From: Candidatus Parcubacteria bacterium
Lineage (GTDB): Bacteria; Patescibacteriota; Minisyncoccia; Phycocordibacterales; UBA918
Reading direction: 5' to 3'
DNA: 64,000 nucleotides
Assembly: GCA_021731405.1 (NCBI GenBank)
Contig: JAKFXN010000003.1
Span: forward strand, 108,676 to 172,675
Shown here: piece after piece, positions 58,696 to 64,000 of the stretch
Numbering within the stretch: position 1 is the first letter of the stretch
Layout of the letters: every line of letters starts with the position of its first letter
Notes under the pieces: generated by a model
Seen by the model: only the letters and a program-made list of their open reading frames with translations
What the model was told of the DNA's origin: nothing
Databases searched by the model: none
Translations under genes and position numbers: made by a program

Positions 58696-59628
58696 TTGTT
58701 AGTGATTATGATGACTGGTATTAGAAGAATTATGCGGGCGGGGTTTGTGGGCTTTTGGCGTAATGCGTATGTGTCTTTAGCCTCTGTCTTTGTTATTACT
58801 GTGGCGCTATTTGTGATTGGTTCGACAATGTTTATTGACCAGCTACTTACCACTTCACTATCCACTCTGCAGCAAAAAGTAGACATCAATGTGTACTTTG
58901 TACCGTCAGCTTCACAAGATGATATTGATGCGATACGAACTGCGGTTGGCGCGTTGCCTGACGTGGCAACTGTCACATATACCTCTCGTGAAGAAGCGCT
59001 TGAAGAATACCGCGCCCGTAATCAAAACGATGAGATTGCTATGCAAGCGCTCGCAGAGCTCGACGATAACCCACTTGGTGCCAATCTAGCTATTCAAGCC
59101 CGTGAGACTTCTCAGTACGAAAGTATCGCTCGCTTCCTCGAAGAGAAGCGAGAACTTGCAGCGCAGCAGACTCCGGTTATTGATGAGATCAACTACGCTC
59201 GCAACAAAGAATCAATTGATACTTTGACTGCAATTATTGGTGCGGTAGAGCAAGCCAGCTTTGCGGTGATGATTGTGCTTATTGTGGCCGCCGTCTTAAT
59301 TACCTTTAATACCATCCGTCTCGCTATCTATACTGCTCGTGAAGAAATCTCCATCATGCGCTTGGTGGGTGCAAGCAATATGTTCATTCGTGGGCCATTT
59401 ATGCTCCAAGGAGTGATGTATGGGTTTGTGGCTGGGGTATTTTCATTGCTTATTTTCTACCCAATTCTCGTATGGCTTGGACCACTCACTGAATCGTTCT
59501 TTGAGTTCAATCTCTTTACTTACTTTGTCTCAAACTTCAGCTATATCTTTGCCGTCTTGATTGGTATTGGAGTAGTGCTCGGCTTAGTTTCGAGTTTACT
59601 CGCTGTTGCTCGTTATCTCCGAGTGTAG
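58696..59628 (+). CDS. ftsX: cell-division permease FtsX
   Basis: 4-TM FtsX topology with a large periplasmic loop. Synteny with ftsE. Confidence 0.75.
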   Translation: MLVIMMTGIRRIMRAGFVGFWRNAYVSLASVFVITVALFVIGSTMFIDQLLTTSLSTLQQKVDINVYFVPSASQDDIDAIRTAVGALPDVATVTYTSREEALEEYRARNQNDEIAMQALAELDDNPLGANLAIQARETSQYESIARFLEEKRELAAQQTPVIDEINYARNKESIDTLTAIIGAVEQASFAVMIVLIVAAVLITFNTIRLAIYTAREEISIMRLVGASNMFIRGPFMLQGVMYGFVAGVFSLLIFYPILVWLGPLTESFFEFNLFTYFVSNFSYIFAVLIGIGVVLGLVSSLLAVARYLRV

Positions 59629-59662
59629 TCCTCACCCGTTGAAGCTGCTCTGATTCTCTTTC

Positions 59663-61753
59663 ATGAAATTCCTGTACCCACTCTTCGCGACTACTATCTT
59701 CCTCAGTTCGTTTTTGCTGTTTCAGGTACAACCGCTTATTGGGAAACATATTTTACCGTTTTACGGTGGTAGTTCTGCTGTGTGGGTGACCGCCATGTTT
59801 TTCTTCATGGTGGCGCTGGCTGTCGGGTACATCTACGCACTTCTTCTTTCAAAACTTCGTCCGCTCTATCAAGGAGCGGTACATGGCTTAGTAGTTCTGG
59901 CTACGAGTGCTTCACTCTATACGCACTCGACCGTGTGGCCGTCAGCCATTACTCCTGAGGTAAGTGATATCACCATTTCATTCACCGACCCAGTGGTGGC
60001 GGTTTTTTTGACACTCCTCCTTACTATTGGATTACCGTTTGCGCTCTTGTCATCCACCAGCTCTTTACTCCAATTGTGGTATGGAGAGCTTTCAGGGAAA
60101 GAGCCTTTTTCTTTATACAGTATTTCAAACATAGGTTCGCTTTTGGGTCTCCTCAGTTACCCAATACTATTTGAACCGTTTCTTACGACCTACACCCAAG
60201 GCTGGTTGTGGAGTATTGGAGTATTTTTCTACGCACTCCTTCTACTAGCTGTTATTTGCGTCTTTGTGTTTGGTACAAAAAGCGCTGCTACTCTTCCGCT
60301 TGTGGCGCAAGCAGAAGCCGTCGTTTCTAAAGTGTCACCACGCACATTCTTTACCTGGCTTCTCATTGCCGCTGTTCCGGTGATGGTGCTGCTAGCTGGT
60401 ACAAGCTTCATGACGGTTGCTATTGCCCCTGTACCGTTTTTGTGGGTAGGTCCACTCGCACTCTACCTTCTTAGTTTTATCTTTACCTTTAGAGAGGGAG
60501 GTCGTCCCCCGATGTGGGCAAATGAGGTGTTTGTGGTCTTAGCTTCCATTCTCACCCTCTTCTTGGTGGTCACTGCTGAGCCGCGTGTGTTTGTCACCAT
60601 TGCAGTCACTCATCTCGCGCTTTTTGCTATTTCACACTGGTGTCACGAACACCTCTACGCTATGCGCCCAGAGGCAAAGCAAGTAACACTTTTTTATGTG
60701 GCACTCTCACTCGGTGGGATTGTTGGTAGTCTTATTATTAAAATTACCAGTTCGTACATACTGGTAATGCCAATTGAGCTCCTGGTTATTTTGGTTGGTA
60801 GTGTGGCGTTTATTTCCCTGCAGTGGTTTGTCGCTGATGCGGGGTATATACCGCTCGCAAATAAGACACAGCTGCGGATTATCGCGGTGACGGTGCTTAG
60901 TCTTGTACTCGCAAGTAGTGTGATGTATATATCGGTCAAACAAAGTAACATGATAGCAGCGGAACGAAACTTTTTTGGCTACAAAGCGGTAGTAGATAAC
61001 ACCGACAATGATCCTCCTATCTGGTCAATGCAACACGGCCTCACCAATCACGGCTATCAAGTCCGTGAGGACGGAAAGCCTCTCGTCTTACCAGTCTCGT
61101 ACTATGGAGAGAGTTCAGGCATTGGAAAAGCGTTTAGTTACGTGCGTGCGAGCGGAAAAGCTCAGCCACGGATTGTGGTAGCTGGCCTTGGGTCAGGCGG
61201 ACTCTCTGCCTACTGCGAACCACAAGATGACTTTACCTTTATTGAAATTGACGAGGAGGTAGTGTCGTTGGCGCGCGAACATTTCACCTACCTTGCTTCG
61301 TGCCCAAATCACACAATGGTGGTAAATGACGGAAGACTTGCACTTGAAGCTGAGCGCCTAGCAGGGAACACCAGACCGTATGACCTCATCATTCTTGATG
61401 CCTATGCGGATGATATGATGCCAGTCCACTTGATGACCATGGAAGCGATAGAGACATACAAAGCGCTTTTGGCGAAGGATGGTATTTTGGCGGTCCACAT
61501 CTCTAGTCGTTACCTCAACCTTGTTCCAGTACTCAAAGCCTTGGCTTTAGAGACTGGTTTGGCCGCACGACACTTTTACGATGAGAAACCGGAGAGTAGC
61601 CTTTCGACACCGTCACACTGGGTACTTTTAAGTCCACAAGAAAGTACTCTCCAGAAAGAAGTTTTTTCGGTAATGAAGACTTTTGATGAGGATGTAGAAC
61701 CCCTTTTGTGGACCGATACCTATAGTGCGCTCCTGCCTATCATCCGTTTTTAG
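59663..61753 (+). CDS. membrane-fused polyamine aminopropyltransferase (spermidine synthase-like)
   Basis: ~11 N-terminal TM helices. C-terminal class-I MTase-like fold: VVAGLGSGGLSAYCEP...ILDAYADD, typical of fused spermidine synthases. Confidence 0.65.
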   Translation: MKFLYPLFATTIFLSSFLLFQVQPLIGKHILPFYGGSSAVWVTAMFFFMVALAVGYIYALLLSKLRPLYQGAVHGLVVLATSASLYTHSTVWPSAITPEVSDITISFTDPVVAVFLTLLLTIGLPFALLSSTSSLLQLWYGELSGKEPFSLYSISNIGSLLGLLSYPILFEPFLTTYTQGWLWSIGVFFYALLLLAVICVFVFGTKSAATLPLVAQAEAVVSKVSPRTFFTWLLIAAVPVMVLLAGTSFMTVAIAPVPFLWVGPLALYLLSFIFTFREGGRPPMWANEVFVVLASILTLFLVVTAEPRVFVTIAVTHLALFAISHWCHEHLYAMRPEAKQVTLFYVALSLGGIVGSLIIKITSSYILVMPIELLVILVGSVAFISLQWFVADAGYIPLANKTQLRIIAVTVLSLVLASSVMYISVKQSNMIAAERNFFGYKAVVDNTDNDPPIWSMQHGLTNHGYQVREDGKPLVLPVSYYGESSGIGKAFSYVRASGKAQPRIVVAGLGSGGLSAYCEPQDDFTFIEIDEEVVSLAREHFTYLASCPNHTMVVNDGRLALEAERLAGNTRPYDLIILDAYADDMMPVHLMTMEAIETYKALLAKDGILAVHISSRYLNLVPVLKALALETGLAARHFYDEKPESSLSTPSHWVLLSPQESTLQKEVFSVMKTFDEDVEPLLWTDTYSALLPIIRF

Positions 61754-61853
61754 GGTAGAGCAGGGAAGCTCAAAAGAGCTGAAAATAAATAAATAATATG
61801 CTATGGTATACGGCACGTTTGCAGCAACGTACCAAGCAGCAAACAAAGTATAT

Positions 61854-61924
61854 TGCCCGATCGTCTAATGGTAGGACACATGGTTTTGGTCCATGGTATC
61901 GAGGTTCGAGTCCTTGTCGGGCAG
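61854..61924 (+). tRNA. tRNA-Gln (UUG)
   Basis: Acceptor TGCCCGA/TCGGGCA, 3-bp D-stem, anticodon stem-loop CATGG-TTTTGGT-CCATG, T CGAGG-TTCGAGT-CCTTG, G73. Confidence 0.8.
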
Positions 61925-62103
61925 CGAGTAAAGAAAACACCCGTATGGGTGTTTTCTTATATACGAGCTGCCCGAAGCAAGTGACTAAATGTCACTTGCG
62001 GCAAGGACTCGAAAAGCTTTTGAGTATATTTTGGAGTGGAGCGAACAAAATATTCAAAAGGTATACTGGTCATGTAATGACCGAGATTCCTTGTCGGGCA
62101 GCG
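61925..62103 (+). repeat. tRNA-3'-flank element copy (e), reduced form
   Basis: Terminator. Inverted acceptor copy GCTGCCCGA plus a hairpin. Inverted T-arm GGCAAGGACTCGAA. ATTTTGGAGTGGAGCGAACAAAATAT. Distal direct copy CGAGATTCCTTGTCGGGCAGCG of the tRNA-Gln 3' end. Confidence 0.65.
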
Positions 62104-62252
62104 ATGAACGGAAATATTGAAACACCTCTTTTGCGTCTCTCGTTCACTTGTCGGTAAGCAAACACAAATCAACCTGTTAAGGGTATTTTGTTTTCACAAA
62201 AAAACCCGCGATCGAAATCGCGAGTAGGGGTGGTGTATGTAGAAGCTGGTGG

Positions 62253-62465
62253 TCAAGAGCTCTTCTTGGGAGATTCAGGCCTCGACATCTCATCGAATGT
62301 AGCCCCCAACAAAGTGAGAAGCGTCCCGATGGCCAGCAGGTACTTGGCTGCCAGTACCCAGTTGGCAAAATCCTCGACCGACATGCTGACATCACCGGCC
62401 AAGTACAGTGCGCCAAAGGGTAGTCCGCACGCCGTCAGAATTATGAGAATACCGAGGTACATCAT
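62253..62465 (-). CDS. small membrane protein, hypothetical
   Basis: Two TM helices. Terminator downstream (62200–62235). Confidence 0.35.
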   Translation of the reverse strand: MMYLGILIILTACGLPFGALYLAGDVSMSVEDFANWVLAAKYLLAIGTLLTLLGATFDEMSRPESPKKSS

Positions 62466-62613
62466 GTTGAAATCTCCAGGTTGGTGAGTTGATCCTTTAT
62501 TATTATACATGTAATCAGACAAATGTCAAGTATATACACAAATACAACAAAAGGACCCTTGTAGAAATTTCTCTATTTTCTGTGATAATTTTTGTCATTT
62601 AAGGTGGTAATAT

Positions 62614-63177
62614 GTGAATATGAAAAAACTTATTATGTGGAATGTGGTGACACTTGACGGTCGGTTTGAGGGGGCGGAGCCATGGGATTTATCTTTTCAC
62701 GAACTTGTGTGGGGACCAGAGATGGAAGCTTTGAGTCTTGAGCAGCTAGAGGAAGCGAGTATGTTGGTGTTTGGAGAAAATACCTATAAGGGCATGGCCG
62801 AATATTGGCCGAAGGCAGAAGCGACTGACCCAACAGTGACGCCGCTTATGAACAACATACCAAAAATTGTCTGTTCAAAAACACGTGAGACAGCTGAGTG
62901 GAATAATACTACTGTAGTTCATGATGGTGTTACTGAAATAAAGCGTCTTAAAGAGGAAGAGGGTGGACCACTGTTTGTTTTTGGTAGCGGTATACTTTCG
63001 GATTCGCTCATGAAAGCGGGGCTGTTTGATGAGGTACGTCTCTGTGTCGCCCCAACTATTTTAGGAAAAGGCAGACATTTATTTGCTGATACAAACACAC
63101 CGCGTAATTTTGAACTGCTTGAAGCCAAACCACTTTCAAACGGTGGCGTGATACTGAGGTATAAAGTTCTGCTATAA
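62614..63177 (+). CDS. RibD_C/dihydrofolate-reductase-like family protein
   Basis: MWNVVTLDGRFEG...FVFGSGILSDSLMKAGLFDEVRLCVAPTILGKG. Confidence 0.7.
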   Translation: MNMKKLIMWNVVTLDGRFEGAEPWDLSFHELVWGPEMEALSLEQLEEASMLVFGENTYKGMAEYWPKAEATDPTVTPLMNNIPKIVCSKTRETAEWNNTTVVHDGVTEIKRLKEEEGGPLFVFGSGILSDSLMKAGLFDEVRLCVAPTILGKGRHLFADTNTPRNFELLEAKPLSNGGVILRYKVLL

Positions 63178-63209
63178 TTTTTAGGTAGCAACGTTTAACC
63201 ATATTTTTT

Positions 63210-63659
63210 ATGCTTACAACAATAGTACTTATCTTAGCGGGAGTCGTTCTGTCGATAGTCATAGGGACACTTTGGTATATGCCAAACACTCCGACAGGGA
63301 AGCTTCATATGAAGTATCTTGGATTCGATAAACTTTCTCCTGAGGAACAAAAGCAAAAGATTGAAGAGGCTAAGCCAACGATGCCGAAAATTTATGCTGG
63401 ACAGATGCTGCTTTCGCTCCTTACCTCAGTGGCGGTGGTGTTTATTGTCAGTACCAGCCTTAAGAACGGAGTGACCTTTATGATGGCGGTTGGATTTTTG
63501 CTTCTTAACTGGATGTGTTTTGTGGTCCCAACAGTTGGTATGCAGATTCTGTGGGGGAACTGTGACCGAAACCTTGCTTGGAAGAAATTCTTTTCAGATA
63601 GTCTAAACATCCTTGTCACTATTTTGGCAATTGCTGGAATGGTGAACTTGTTTGTATAG
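63210..63659 (+). CDS. hypothetical membrane protein (4 TM)
   Basis: No motif recognised. Terminator at 63679–63708. Confidence 0.4.
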   Translation: MLTTIVLILAGVVLSIVIGTLWYMPNTPTGKLHMKYLGFDKLSPEEQKQKIEEAKPTMPKIYAGQMLLSLLTSVAVVFIVSTSLKNGVTFMMAVGFLLLNWMCFVVPTVGMQILWGNCDRNLAWKKFFSDSLNILVTILAIAGMVNLFV

Positions 63660-63758
63660 GTTCAAACGTGCCTCTCACAAAAAACACAGCTACGAAGCTG
63701 TGTTTTTTTGTTGGCTCAAGTTTGTGAATCATTATCTTAGTTTTGTTATACTGAAAAT

Positions 63759-64000
63759 ATGAACAAAGATATAGAGTCTTATAACAAAGAGCAGCTTGCT
63801 TCAGATACGGAAATTTGTGTTCATTTGATGGACCTTATCAATAGCAATTTAACAGAGGCGCAGAGTAAGATTTGGCACGCTCACCCTGTTTGGTTTTTAG
63901 ATGGTAATCCGATTGTTGGCTATAGTAAATTGAAGGACAGTGTTAGGTTGCTGTTTTGGAGCGGTCAGAGCTTTGATGAACCAGGTCTAAGATCAGAAGG
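63759..64000 (+). CDS. partial CDS, DUF1801 (YdhG-like) family candidate; runs off the window
   Basis: MNKDIESYNKEQLASDTEICVHLMDLINSNLTEAQSKIWHAHPVWFLDGNPIVGYS... A TATACT box lies 7 nt upstream, so the transcript looks leaderless. Confidence 0.35.
   Translation, partial: MNKDIESYNKEQLASDTEICVHLMDLINSNLTEAQSKIWHAHPVWFLDGNPIVGYSKLKDSVRLLFWSGQSFDEPGLRSE

Overview
The window reads as a 64-kb stretch of a small, roughly 45% GC bacterial genome using the standard code (UGA is a stop; RF2 is present). Gene content points to a Patescibacteria/CPR-like organism: a phosphoketolase–acetate kinase pair, a complete type IV pilus/competence cluster, small two-component genes, a tmRNA with SmpB, and many tRNAs that do not encode CCA. 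The housekeeping backbone is ackA, an HK/RR pair, ftsH, a MacAB-like ABC efflux set, recG, malic enzyme, zupT, a desaturase, pilMNOBTCD plus pilins, ligA, gatCA, prfB, ftsEX, a spermidine-synthase fusion and a photolyase. Two things stand out.

(1) A low-GC accessory island of about 9 kb (roughly 7.3–16.2 kb) sits immediately 3' of ssrA. It carries a HigB/HigA toxin–antitoxin pair, a NUDIX gene and a MazG-like pyrophosphatase. It also carries a large protein combining a GIY-YIG-like motif, a DUF2075 P-loop ATPase and a LexA-like S24 autopeptidase domain. Further on are a small PD-(D/E)xK-like ORF, a Dcm C5-methyltransferase, a hybrid MORC-type GHKL ATPase/histidine-kinase protein and a receiver-domain protein of unknown effector function.

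(2) A previously unannotated family of short non-coding elements (six copies) lies immediately 3' of tRNA/tmRNA genes: tmRNA, tRNA-Ile(UAU), tRNA-Ser(GCU), tRNA-Met(CAU), tRNA-Asp, tRNA-Gln. Each has an inverted copy of the host tRNA 3' half at the proximal end and a direct duplication of the host T-loop-to-acceptor segment at the distal end. Three copies carry a nested structured core of about 95 nt inserted at a GGTTCGA (T-loop-like) site.

Other oddities: a Mu Gam-like gene in a high-GC block, several short 55–62% GC segments with small basic ORFs, an orphan DinJ antitoxin, a tRNA-Ile with a UAU anticodon, a class-II tRNA with anticodon loop UUACUAA, and apparently leaderless starts for several genes.
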